A stretch of DNA of 64,000 nucleotides. Origin: Flavobacteriales bacterium. Its GTDB lineage: Bacteria; Bacteroidota; Bacteroidia; DT-38. The position numbers and the translations under genes are program-made. Positions 43,513 through 53,319 of this stretch are shown here, piece by piece. The notes under the pieces are model-generated. The model was given only the letters and a program-made list of their open reading frames with translations. It searched no databases and was not told where the DNA came from. The stretch is from NCBI GenBank assembly GCA_013214205.1, contig JABSPQ010000095.1, positions 5,886 to 69,885 of the forward strand, in the 5' to 3' direction. Every line of letters begins with the position of its first letter. Position 1 is the stretch's first letter.

Positions 43513-46500
43513 TTAGTTACCTGTATAATATACCTTTTTGGTGTTCTGCTTGTTGTTTATGGTTAACCTAACCAAGTAAATTCCTCTTTGAGCACCTTTC
43601 ATTTCTATTCGGTTTGAACCCGAATTAAGACTCATTTCATTTATTTTTCGACCTCTTATATCGTACACCTCAGCCCTACCCCTGTGGTTACTTTTGATGT
43701 TGATGGAGCCTTTTATAACACGAATTGAAAAAGATTCTGAATCTTTGTTTAAAATTCCTGTTACATTATTCACCGTTGCCGAAGCAATGTAATTTGTCCC
43801 ATTATCATCAGTAGCAGTAACAGTATATGTTCCACCGCATAAATTATCTATAACTTCTGATGTAGAACCATTTGACCAAGTATAGCTTATCGGTTCAACT
43901 GCACACCCTAGTTCTGGTTGTATTGAGCCTGCACACAAATCGGAATCATTGACATTAACTACTTCAAGTGTAATAGAATCTTCAACATTTACAGATATGG
44001 TAGTGCTTGCTGAGCAACCATTCGCATCTGTAATGTACACATCGTAATCGGTTGAAACTACTGGACCTACCACATGCGGACCGGCGCTCGGAGTTATAAT
44101 CTCATCACCAGACCACACAAATGTATAAGGGATAGTTCCACCATCTGGCGATGCAGAAATTACTGTTGTCTGTCCAATACATAATTGAGATGAACTAACT
44201 AATGAGTTTATTGTTAACTCACTAGGACTTTGTATAAAATATGTTTTTGTTACCGAACAGCCAGCTTCGTCGTAAAAGGTAGCGTCTATTTGACTACCAC
44301 TTCCTGAGACACTTCCGCATAAACTTGTTGCAGTTAAACTTCCATTGTTTCCACTAGCCCCTTCCCAAGTATGTAGATTGGGATAGTCACCATTTCCATC
44401 TGTAGTACCTCCAGAAAGTTCTACTTCTATAGAACCATCGCAAATTCCATAACAGCTTGGGTTTACCTTACTAATTAAAGTAACTTCCAATGGTGCTACC
44501 TCTAATACACATTCTTCTTGTGTTGCAGTACATCCGGCAGCATCTGTTACAGTTACATAATAACATCCAGTAGCCAAATCATCAGCAAAACTTGTAGTAA
44601 TATTATCATGAGACCATAAGTAGGCATAATCTGGAACACCTCCTGTAACCGAACTGGTTATTGAGCCATCGTCCATATCACAATGTGTTTGAGTAGACAT
44701 TAACTCCAAAATTAGTTCGTCGGCTTCGTAAATTTCATAGGTACCTGTTACCGTACATATATTGGCATCTGTTACAGTTAAATCATAGATTCCAGGACTT
44801 AAGCCGTTGATACTAAAATCAGAATGTGAGCTTGACCAAGTATAAATAGGAATGCCAGTTCCTCCAGTGTGCGGAACTACAATTGATCCGTCGTCGCTAC
44901 CATTACACGAAACACTAATAACTGTTGCTGAAATCGATAATGGCTCTGCTGGCTCAGTAATCTCATCATACAATACAGTATTACAGCCATTAGCGTCTGT
45001 AATAGTAACAGCGTAATTGTTAGCACATAAGTCTGATTTTGTGGTTAATACAATAGATGAAACGCCAAATGTTTCCTGAGATGCATTCCATCTTATATCA
45101 TAAGGTTCTACCCCGCCAACAATTTGTGTACTTGCTGTCCCATCACAATCTCCATAACATAAAATATCTGTTGTGGTTAACAAGGCATTTATTGGCTGCG
45201 CTGCTAAAATGGTTATACTACTATTTGCACAAGTCCTACATTCATTGGCATCGGTAACGCAAAAAACGTAAGAACCGGGTACAACTCCTACAACACTTCT
45301 TAAATCGTAAACGGTATCTGGAGAAGTCCATTTATAGATATATGGCATTGTTCCACCAGTTGGTATTTCGGCATATAAAGTTCCATCGGCAGCGCCATAA
45401 CATGTTATATCAGTACCAGAAGTTCCATTTAATTGAGGTCCCAATATATCGGAGATATTATAACATTCATTTATCTCGCAATTGTTGGCATCTACAATAG
45501 TAACGCAATACATTCCTGCAGAAACGTTGCTAAGTGTGTAGCCAGTTTGTCCATCATTCCAAAGTACACTGTAAATAGGGCCATTACCTCCAGCCGGAGT
45601 AATGGTAATGCTTCCATTGCTGTTACCACACGTGCTAGAAACAAAAGTAGTATCTGCAACAATTAATTCACTTGGCTCTGTGATAGTTTGACATGCCGTT
45701 ACCATGCATAAATTGGCGTCGGTAACGGTAACACAGTATTCCCCTCCACACAATTCAACCGCTGTTGCTGTAGACTGAAAAACGGTGTTCATGTCCCATT
45801 GGTAATATAAACTACCTGTACCTCCAACTGCAATTGCTGTAACCGAACCATCGCAAACTCCTCCCCAATTATTCGAATTGCAGCTAGGATCAACACCGCT
45901 AGTTAAAACATTTAAAAATGTTGGGTTGTAAATTAAGGTATTTATACTAGCCGTACATCCATTGTCGTCGGTAACTGTTACTGTTAGTGGAACAATATTA
46001 CTTCCAATTACATTATCAATACAACTTTCGCTGCCACCATTATTCCATGCATAAGTATAAAAACCAGCAACAGCTGTACCCCCTTGTGCAAAGACACAGG
46101 CCTCCCCCGATGCTTCATTAAAACACAATGGCTGACGTGCATAATTAATTAGTGCTGTTACGGGAGCAGGTTCTGTAATTACACCATTAAACTCTCTGAT
46201 ACAACCTTGGTCGGTTGTAACTGTTACGGTATAACTACCAGCACAAAGGAAAGAAGCCGTTACACCAACTTGGTTCATCGGATCATTCCATTGATATGAA
46301 GCTGGAGACCCTTCTTCTCCTCCCATAAATTCGAAAGTTGCGGTACCATTACAAAGACCATTACACGTCATATCGGTTGTAGTAACACTGCCCGTTAAAG
46401 GTGTTGGGTTATCAAGCGTAACTTCGCAAGAACCTGTGAGCAAACTATTGTCAGTAACAATTACTAAGTATGTACCAGCACATAAGCTTGTTTCTGTATC

Positions 46501-46716
46501 CGTTCCGCCCTCTCCAATTCCGTTAGCAGTTTTCCCTGTGCTCCAAACAATAGAGTAATCTGCATCGTTGCCAGAAATAGATACAGTTGCTACTCCATCG
46601 CAACCATCGGTGCACGACACGTCAGAATCTGTTGTTATGCTACAAGTTGGCGCTTGAGCAAAGATTGAATTAATTGATAAAACAAATATGGCGAGCGTAA
46701 ATAGGCTTAGTTTCAT
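43513..46716 (-). CDS. SprB-repeat cell-surface adhesin-like protein with T9SS (Por) C-terminal sorting domain
   Basis: 1067 aa. Signal peptide MKLSLFTLAIFVLSINSIFAQ. About 12 repeats of C.G..DG...V...GG..PY.Y.W...G. C-terminal ...GIYLVRLTINNKQNTKKVYYTGN tail. Confidence 0.75.
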   Translation of the reverse strand: MKLSLFTLAIFVLSINSIFAQAPTCSITTDSDVSCTDGCDGVATVSISGNDADYSIVWSTGKTANGIGEGGTDTETSLCAGTYLVIVTDNSLLTGSCEVTLDNPTPLTGSVTTTDMTCNGLCNGTATFEFMGGEEGSPASYQWNDPMNQVGVTASFLCAGSYTVTVTTDQGCIREFNGVITEPAPVTALINYARQPLCFNEASGEACVFAQGGTAVAGFYTYAWNNGGSESCIDNVIGSNIVPLTVTVTDDNGCTASINTLIYNPTFLNVLTSGVDPSCNSNNWGGVCDGSVTAIAVGGTGSLYYQWDMNTVFQSTATAVELCGGEYCVTVTDANLCMVTACQTITEPSELIVADTTFVSSTCGNSNGSITITPAGGNGPIYSVLWNDGQTGYTLSNVSAGMYCVTIVDANNCEINECYNISDILGPQLNGTSGTDITCYGAADGTLYAEIPTGGTMPYIYKWTSPDTVYDLRSVVGVVPGSYVFCVTDANECRTCANSSITILAAQPINALLTTTDILCYGDCDGTASTQIVGGVEPYDIRWNASQETFGVSSIVLTTKSDLCANNYAVTITDANGCNTVLYDEITEPAEPLSISATVISVSCNGSDDGSIVVPHTGGTGIPIYTWSSSHSDFSINGLSPGIYDLTVTDANICTVTGTYEIYEADELILELMSTQTHCDMDDGSITSSVTGGVPDYAYLWSHDNITTSFADDLATGCYYVTVTDAAGCTATQEECVLEVAPLEVTLISKVNPSCYGICDGSIEVELSGGTTDGNGDYPNLHTWEGASGNNGSLTATSLCGSVSGSGSQIDATFYDEAGCSVTKTYFIQSPSELTINSLVSSSQLCIGQTTVISASPDGGTIPYTFVWSGDEIITPSAGPHVVGPVVSTDYDVYITDANGCSASTTISVNVEDSITLEVVNVNDSDLCAGSIQPELGCAVEPISYTWSNGSTSEVIDNLCGGTYTVTATDDNGTNYIASATVNNVTGILNKDSESFSIRVIKGSINIKSNHRGRAEVYDIRGRKINEMSLNSGSNRIEMKGAQRGIYLVRLTINNKQNTKKVYYTGN

Positions 46717-46911
46717 GTGTTACTTTTTGGGTTCAACTTTAATAAGACGGGTAAATGTGTAATTGGTTGCCTTGTTGTGAATGCGAATTATCGAAGATAC
46801 TAAATCTTTGATAACTGAAAACTACTATCTATCTAGCAGTTAGCTAGGCTGATTTACAACTCTGCTAAATCCTGAATATTGAACCATTGGTAGAACGGTG
46901 TTTATCAGAAA

Positions 46912-47361
46912 TTGCTAAAAGGAACTGTTTGGGAAAATTATCAGTTGGTAATTACGCAGTGGCCAATAAGTCCTTCAGTTGCATTTCCTGCTCCATTTTT
47001 ATATCCTAGAAGGTTTCCTCCTTTTACCGATGTTACAGGACAACCTCAAGGGGTTCAGGAGGCATATCATAGAGCAGAGAAAGCAGCCAAGGCATCTTAC
47101 CCATTACAAGCTGGTTTACCCATTCCTCAATCGGGATGTTTGAATGTGACTATGGAAACATATTTCCAAAACCCCAAAGGAACGACTTTAGAAAACACAA
47201 GTTGTATTGGTTGCCACTTTGGTGCATCGGATACGGATTATAGTTGGGCATTGAAACTTAGAACATGGCCGCAGCCTTATAATCAAGGGAGGGTTAATCC
47301 TGAGGATAGTAAAAGAGCTGCTAAGCCTGGGCATGAGGTTCCGGTGACAAAGAAGAAGTAA
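46912..47361 (+). CDS. orphan ORF with a CxxCH motif, possibly a gene remnant
   Basis: 149 aa with no signal peptide. SCIGCHFG is a heme-binding-type motif. It is locally more GC-rich than its surroundings. Confidence 0.3.
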   Translation: MLKGTVWENYQLVITQWPISPSVAFPAPFLYPRRFPPFTDVTGQPQGVQEAYHRAEKAAKASYPLQAGLPIPQSGCLNVTMETYFQNPKGTTLENTSCIGCHFGASDTDYSWALKLRTWPQPYNQGRVNPEDSKRAAKPGHEVPVTKKK

Positions 47362-47398
47362 GGGGTAGAAGAAGTTGTAAGCGGGATTTGTAGGCTAC

Positions 47399-48376
47399 TT
47401 ATAACTCGAAAATATCGTTGATTTTCCCAAGTTTAAATCCATGATCTAAAACGTTTTTGGCTGCTTTGCTGTTTGGATCAGAAACAGGATTGGTATGGTT
47501 GAAGTGAATGAAAATAATTTTATTTTTTTCTTGTTCGCTTAAGTCTTTGAATTTCTCCATACTCTCAATAATAAAAGGGTGGGGGATTTGGCTAATGTCT
47601 CTATTGTTTAGTTCTTCTCCGCTATAAAATGTTGCATCTAAAAAGGCGTAATCAACTTTGCTTATTTCTTCAATAATATCTTTGTCCCACTTTTCCCATT
47701 TGTCGATGTCGGGAATAAAGAGCGCACTTTTGTTGGGGCCTTCTATCCTGTATCCAATCGTTTCAGAATATTCATCTCTATGTGGAACTTTGATGGGAGT
47801 GATTTTTACTTCATCTGAAACTTGGATGGCTACCCCATTTTCTAATTCATTTAATACGATGTTTTTTCTCGATACAAGTAGATCCCACGGGCCATTGTTT
47901 TGCAAGAAGTGTTTCATGCGGGGCATAACATAAACAGGTACGTTTTGTGCGTCGGTAGCTTCTTTGCCTAAATACATTAAACCCGCATAATGTCCAATGT
48001 GAGCATGGGTTAAACAGATTCCATCGGCCATTTCGTTTTCGCTCGAAATCCCAAATTCTTTAAGGTATTTCATTTGTCTAGGCATGTCTGGTGTAGCATC
48101 AAATAAATATTTTTTTCCAGTTGATTTGTCGTAAAGGCCTAAAGAAATTACTTGTTTGTCTTTATCAGGATTTTCAAATAAGTCGACACAGCATTGTTTT
48201 TTACACGCAATGTGAGGTTGACCAGCATCTTGGATTGTACCAAGAATGACCAAAGAAGTAACATAGGTTCTTTTAACCTCCAAATGTGTTTCTTCTACTT
48301 CCTGAATCTCCGAAACCTTTTGCTCGTTACATGAACAGATATATATGATGAGTGCTAAGAGATAATGTATTTCCAT
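47399..48376 (-). CDS. MBL-fold metallo-hydrolase lipoprotein (PqqB-like)
   Basis: Lipobox MEIHYLLALIIYICSCNEQ. CLTHAHIGHYAG is an HxHxxH-type metal motif. Confidence 0.7.
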   Translation of the reverse strand: MEIHYLLALIIYICSCNEQKVSEIQEVEETHLEVKRTYVTSLVILGTIQDAGQPHIACKKQCCVDLFENPDKDKQVISLGLYDKSTGKKYLFDATPDMPRQMKYLKEFGISSENEMADGICLTHAHIGHYAGLMYLGKEATDAQNVPVYVMPRMKHFLQNNGPWDLLVSRKNIVLNELENGVAIQVSDEVKITPIKVPHRDEYSETIGYRIEGPNKSALFIPDIDKWEKWDKDIIEEISKVDYAFLDATFYSGEELNNRDISQIPHPFIIESMEKFKDLSEQEKNKIIFIHFNHTNPVSDPNSKAAKNVLDHGFKLGKINDIFEL

Positions 48377-48518
48377 TTTTTCTAACTGATTTAAGCTTCT
48401 TAATATATTAGTTGTTAATGGTGAATTTATCTGTGTTGGTTAAGGTAAACTTAACAAAAATTAGAATAATCAATTAAGAAGGTTGTAGCGAGAAATACTA
48501 TAAGCGCGTTGCTTTTAA

Positions 48519-50861
48519 CTAGTTGCCAGATAGAATTACCTTTTGGGAGATGGAGCCAGTTTCTGTTCTTATTTTTAGATAATACAAACCGGGTGTTTCT
48601 GCCATTTCTAAGCTGAAGTGTTTGCCAGAAAGGTTAGTGTAGCTATTAATTAGCCTTCCTGTTACATCAAACAACTGAATGTTTACATGTTGCTGAGGAG
48701 TGCTTAAATCTATATTTAAATCGCCTTGCGTAGGGTTGGGGTAAAGCTTTACGGTGGAAGACAAATTCTGATTTTCGAGACCTGTTGCAATTAGAGATAT
48801 TTCAATTCCGCTTATTGGCGACATAGGCTCGGTCAATTCAATTGTATGTGCATCATCAAAATTATTTTCTCCATAATAGTACGTTGGATCAAAATTATCT
48901 GCATCGCTACCAAGCGCTGAGGCTAATAATTTGTAATCATCCAAACAAAGACAGGTTGCGAAGAAATCACCATTGTTGATTAGAATGGTTTGAATGATTT
49001 CTTCAGTGGATGCATCTATAACATAAAGATTACCAGTAGTAAGGGGAGTAGCATCACTTTTTACAATGCCAGTAATAGAATGAGTGCATTTTGCATCTAT
49101 GTCGATTATTTCGACAGTATGTGCGCTACAAGGATCACAATCTGTGCGAATGGTGTATGATCCAATTCCGTATTCTCTATCAGATATACCAAGCAGATTG
49201 TTTGTTTCGCCTATCAATGCCACATCGTTTAAATACCATTGCGGTGAGCAACTTAATGCGTTTGAATCTGCATTGATTAAAACTAGATTGTCATCGCACA
49301 AACCACCTAGAGAAACAGTGGTAATAGGTGTTCCAACCCATGTATTACAATCGTCAAAACAAGTGTTGTCGTTAAGGTCTGTTAGTCCATTATAATCGTC
49401 GTCGATGGCATTGTTGCAAATTTCGTTTAGGGATAGATTAAGAATAAAAACGTCGTGGTCGCCGGCAGATTCTAATATTAAGGGATCTGCACTTGGATCA
49501 AAATCAACTATATTTTTAAATCCTCCTGTCATGTATATATTGGTATTGACCACCATTCCATAGGTATATTCATTTTCTGTTCCTCCAAAAGATTCTGCCC
49601 ATACCAAGTCTCCGTTGGCATCTAATAATTGAATAAAAACGTCATTGCCGCCATTAGAGTTAAGGTACATTGTATCTGGGCCTGGATCGAAATCAGTTGT
49701 GTTTGCAAAATTTCCTGTTACTAGAATCTGGTTGTTGGGAGTAAAAGTGACATTTATTGTTGAGGCCGCAAAAGTTGTACCGCCATTCATAGAAGTTACC
49801 CAAATTAAATTTCCATTCGAATCTAGTTTCTGAATAAAATGTGCTGTTGGTGTAGTTGTAGTAGATTCTAAGATTGCAATTCCTGGATCAAGATCTATAG
49901 TCCCTGTAAAATCTCCGCATACAATTACGTTTCCAGATTGATCAGAAGCGATAGAGGTTCCTTTATTTTCTGTAGTTCCTCCAATGCTATTAACGTATTG
50001 AACATTTCCTGCGGTATCTATTTTGAGTACGAAAGCATCTGTAGATCCAATAGACGTTAAGTCAAATGCTGGATTTAGAGGGGCAAAGCTTGCCGTGTTT
50101 TCAAAGTTTCCTGTTGCATAAATATTGCCGAAATCATCGTAAGTAATGTCGTTTCCAAAATCATTGCCTGTTCCTCCAAAGGAAGTTGCCCAAACAAAAT
50201 TTCCATCGGTGTCTAACTTTTGAATAAAACCATCTGAATTGCCCGCAGATGTTATACTAAAAACTGCTCCCGAAGGATCAAAATCGACAGTATTTTGAAA
50301 TTGTCCTGTTGTATAAATATTTCCTGTTTCGTCTATGGTTAAAGAATATGCTACATTATCTCCTGAGCCAAGTAATGAATGTGCCCAAATGAAATTTCCA
50401 TCAGAATCAAGTTTCTCTATAAAAATATCTCGATTTCCTTGAGAGGTGAAACTGACTTGAGGAGTTGTATTAAATTCTACTGTACCTCGAAAACTACCTG
50501 TTACAATGATGTCTCCATTATGGTCTAACACCAAGTCTCGCATTATGTCTGCTTCAGTGCCTCCAATAGATTTAATCCAGATGAAGTTTCCATCGCTATC
50601 TAATTTAACAATAAACATATCGGAACTTCCTAATGAGGTTTGGTTTGAAACACCTATTTCTGGATCGAAGTCTACTGTTTCTAAATATTTCCCACAGATG
50701 TATAAATTGCCAGAAGGATCTTGTTGCATGGTATAAGCACCGTCTTGCAAGTGATTTCCAATAGACTTGGCCCATTCTAATTCTACACTTTGTGCCAATG
50801 TTGATAGGGTGGTTGAAAGGCTGAATAGAATGGTTATTATGGTAATTAGCAGTGCTCGCAT
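48519..50861 (-). CDS. SBBP beta-propeller-repeat secreted protein with T9SS C-terminal sorting domain
   Basis: 780 aa. Signal peptide, at least 8 repeats of D.DGN..W..S.GG...D....D..GNIY.TG.F..T.DFDP. C-terminal LYPNPTQGDLNIDL...GLYYLKIRTETGSISQKVILSGN. Confidence 0.7.
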   Translation of the reverse strand: MRALLITIITILFSLSTTLSTLAQSVELEWAKSIGNHLQDGAYTMQQDPSGNLYICGKYLETVDFDPEIGVSNQTSLGSSDMFIVKLDSDGNFIWIKSIGGTEADIMRDLVLDHNGDIIVTGSFRGTVEFNTTPQVSFTSQGNRDIFIEKLDSDGNFIWAHSLLGSGDNVAYSLTIDETGNIYTTGQFQNTVDFDPSGAVFSITSAGNSDGFIQKLDTDGNFVWATSFGGTGNDFGNDITYDDFGNIYATGNFENTASFAPLNPAFDLTSIGSTDAFVLKIDTAGNVQYVNSIGGTTENKGTSIASDQSGNVIVCGDFTGTIDLDPGIAILESTTTTPTAHFIQKLDSNGNLIWVTSMNGGTTFAASTINVTFTPNNQILVTGNFANTTDFDPGPDTMYLNSNGGNDVFIQLLDANGDLVWAESFGGTENEYTYGMVVNTNIYMTGGFKNIVDFDPSADPLILESAGDHDVFILNLSLNEICNNAIDDDYNGLTDLNDNTCFDDCNTWVGTPITTVSLGGLCDDNLVLINADSNALSCSPQWYLNDVALIGETNNLLGISDREYGIGSYTIRTDCDPCSAHTVEIIDIDAKCTHSITGIVKSDATPLTTGNLYVIDASTEEIIQTILINNGDFFATCLCLDDYKLLASALGSDADNFDPTYYYGENNFDDAHTIELTEPMSPISGIEISLIATGLENQNLSSTVKLYPNPTQGDLNIDLSTPQQHVNIQLFDVTGRLINSYTNLSGKHFSLEMAETPGLYYLKIRTETGSISQKVILSGN

Positions 50862-52195
50862 TATCTTAAATTATAGGTGATTCCAATTCCAAATTTTAAA
50901 TAATTACTGGATTGAAGTGGATAGTGGGTTTGATTTTCAAGTTGATTTAACATTGTTGAGTATCCCAATTCTGTACTAATTTCTAATTGTGAATTGATTA
51001 AATAATTAATAAAAATCTTGTTTGAGGTGAACCACAACAGCTCGGTAGATTTTTCTTTTGTAGCAACAGCTCCTCTGCTATCGATGTATTGGCCGGTGTG
51101 AAAAACAAATGCAGGAGTAATCTGAAAAGAAAATTTTATAGCAATAATTTTATTTTGGACGATTGGAAACACAAGAGAGATAGGGAGTAATAAAATCTGT
51201 TTAGGTGCATTGATTTGGTTGTTGACTAGATTAGAATCTCTTACTTCAACATCTATACTATCACCAATGTAAACGCGAATGGTGTCGGGAGCAATTCCTC
51301 CAATATAAGAGCTGTGCACTTCAAACTCCTTGGTGGTGTATGTAGTATCTAAATAATATTGGCTCGAAATAGTGGAGTTGTATTTCATCGTTTGGATGCC
51401 TAACCCCACACCAAACTTAGGCATGTGATAGGTGATATTTAGGTTGGATAAGTAAGAGGGATCAACCGTCTGTTCAAAATCAACATCCATAATTGATGAA
51501 GATGCTGACGACAAAGTTGGCATTAAATAAGACGCGCTTAAGTTGAAAGAGAAGTATCTGTCTTTGTTTTTATCGATTGTAATTGTGGTGTCTTGCTGAA
51601 TTAAATCCTGATTCGCAATAGACGAAGGAGCAATTATTTTTGGTTCAGGTGCTATTTTGTTCTTTTTTAAGTTTGCTGTATCAAGCGGTAAGTGTGGTTC
51701 TTCATTGTCTACAATATGTTCTTCTATTGTCGAAGAAGAATCTTTAGTAATACTTGGTGGTCTAGGCTTTTCTGTAGGAGATATTTTCGTTAACAATGGC
51801 TGTAAGGAGGGTGGAGGAGGGATTTCTCTTTCTGCAATAGGAATGTAATCTTCCTTAAAAATAGATTGATAAGACTTTGGTTTATATATGGCAATAGTAT
51901 TTCCTACATATCGGAAGTTGATGTTGTAATTCGATAGCAGTTCTTTGAGAACCTCACGAATCGTAGCATTATGAACATTGATGGATGTTTTTTCTGAAGA
52001 AGGAATTAAACTGCTTTTTATGGAAAGCGATGTTTTTGCAATCTTAGCCATTTCCACTAAAACTTCTTGAACCGATTTGTTCTCTACTCTAAGATCTATT
52101 GTTTTATCAAGAATACTTTCTTGAGCGACTAAACCTGTGATGCTACAAACAAATATTAGGACTGATATAAAAAACGTTAAAAGACCTCTGTTCAT
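50861..52195 (-). CDS. STN (secretin/TonB short N-terminal) domain protein fused to a small C-terminal beta-barrel; outer membrane component of the ECF/FecR module
   Basis: 444 aa. Signal peptide, then STN-like VENKSVQEVLVEMAKIAKTSL...IREVLKELLSNYNINFRYVGNTIAIY. A Pro-rich linker precedes an amphipathic beta-strand C-terminal half. Its TAATG stop overlaps the start of the SBBP gene. Confidence 0.55.
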   Translation of the reverse strand: MNRGLLTFFISVLIFVCSITGLVAQESILDKTIDLRVENKSVQEVLVEMAKIAKTSLSIKSSLIPSSEKTSINVHNATIREVLKELLSNYNINFRYVGNTIAIYKPKSYQSIFKEDYIPIAEREIPPPPSLQPLLTKISPTEKPRPPSITKDSSSTIEEHIVDNEEPHLPLDTANLKKNKIAPEPKIIAPSSIANQDLIQQDTTITIDKNKDRYFSFNLSASYLMPTLSSASSSIMDVDFEQTVDPSYLSNLNITYHMPKFGVGLGIQTMKYNSTISSQYYLDTTYTTKEFEVHSSYIGGIAPDTIRVYIGDSIDVEVRDSNLVNNQINAPKQILLLPISLVFPIVQNKIIAIKFSFQITPAFVFHTGQYIDSRGAVATKEKSTELLWFTSNKIFINYLINSQLEISTELGYSTMLNQLENQTHYPLQSSNYLKFGIGITYNLR

Positions 52196-52209
52196 TTTCT
52201 ACTCTTCCT

Positions 52210-53310
52210 CTAACAACCTTCTCCTGAAATGATCAGTTTGTTTTTTTCTTCTTTAACCTTAAGTCCTAAAGTGATTTCGAAGAGCTCGAAAATTTCTTCT
52301 ATTGATAAGTTATCGTAGCGAGCAGTTATTTGGCAATTACCCAGTTGAGGATCTTCAAACACCAAATTAATCTGGTAATGCAAGTTCAATTGATTAATTA
52401 TTTTTTTCAAAGGCTTATCAACGAAGGTTAAAATTCCGTTGTGCCACGACAGATAGTTTTGATTGTCGTTGGCTGCTTGTACTGCTGTATAATTACCAGT
52501 TTGAAGTGTGCCCTTTTCATCAGCTGTCAATAAAACTTTGTTGGTATCGTCTTTATGGTAAAATTCAACGCTTCCTTCTTTAACAGTTACCACAATAGAA
52601 TCGGGGTTGTTTGCATTTACATTAAATGAAGTACCCTTAACTGCTATTCTGGCATTGCCAACATGAATGATAAATGGTTTTACGTCTGGTTGAACTAGGA
52701 AAAAACCTTCTCCTTCAAATTCTACAATTCTTTCATCAGATGAAAACGAAGGGGGGTAAGTTAGCTTAGATTTGTTATTCAAGATCACGTTTGAACTGTC
52801 GTGCAGTAATACTGAATTTTTTTCTGTTGTGTTGGTATTGATTACAATGTCGTTGGATTGTTCAATAGGATCGGCATGTGCTACTACAACCTTTTGATCT
52901 GAATTATCTTGGAATAAGAAATAAGCTAATCCTAAACCGGCCAATAAAACGGCAGCAATTCTTAAGATGAGTTTATCCGATTTCTTTTCTGCTGCAATCG
53001 GTATAATCTTTTTGTCCTTCGACTTGTCTACGGAAGTTTTAACATAGGTGGAAGGCTTAGCGAAGGGAGGATTGCTTTTGGCTTCATTTCTGATTTTTAG
53101 AAAATCTTTTTTGTATCTATCAGCATCCGATTCTTGATCCCATTCCTTTTTTAGCGCATTAAATTGGAAAATTTTCTTTGCCGAGTCGTAATCATTTTTA
53201 ATGGCAGGGTCGGAAATCATTAATTGATCTAACTCCGCTTTTTGCTCCCTAGTGGCTTCACCTGAAAGGCATGCATATATTAATTCGATATGTTGGTTTG
53301 GGTTACTCAT
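52210..53310 (-). CDS. FecR family anti-sigma factor / transmembrane sensor (FecR + DUF4974)
   Basis: 366 aa with a single TM helix (ILRIAAVLLAGLGLAYFLF). FecR-like periplasmic domain and a C-terminal DUF4974-like ...LKKIINQLNLHYQINLVFED... Confidence 0.7.
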   Translation of the reverse strand: MSNPNQHIELIYACLSGEATREQKAELDQLMISDPAIKNDYDSAKKIFQFNALKKEWDQESDADRYKKDFLKIRNEAKSNPPFAKPSTYVKTSVDKSKDKKIIPIAAEKKSDKLILRIAAVLLAGLGLAYFLFQDNSDQKVVVAHADPIEQSNDIVINTNTTEKNSVLLHDSSNVILNNKSKLTYPPSFSSDERIVEFEGEGFFLVQPDVKPFIIHVGNARIAVKGTSFNVNANNPDSIVVTVKEGSVEFYHKDDTNKVLLTADEKGTLQTGNYTAVQAANDNQNYLSWHNGILTFVDKPLKKIINQLNLHYQINLVFEDPQLGNCQITARYDNLSIEEIFELFEITLGLKVKEEKNKLIISGEGC

Positions 53311-53319
53311 GATTCACAT

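Noticed and set aside
43294-43566. 90-aa plus-strand ORF, proline-rich (PPPTPS...PNPNTPIPT).
   Set aside because: It overlaps both the 3-prime end of the SprB-repeat gene and the more convincing minus-strand glycine-zipper peptide. It is low complexity and I see no RBS or promoter context.
46912-47361. Calling the CxxCH ORF a functional c-type cytochrome.
   Set aside because: It has no signal peptide, only a single motif near the C-terminus, and atypical composition. A gene fragment is more parsimonious.
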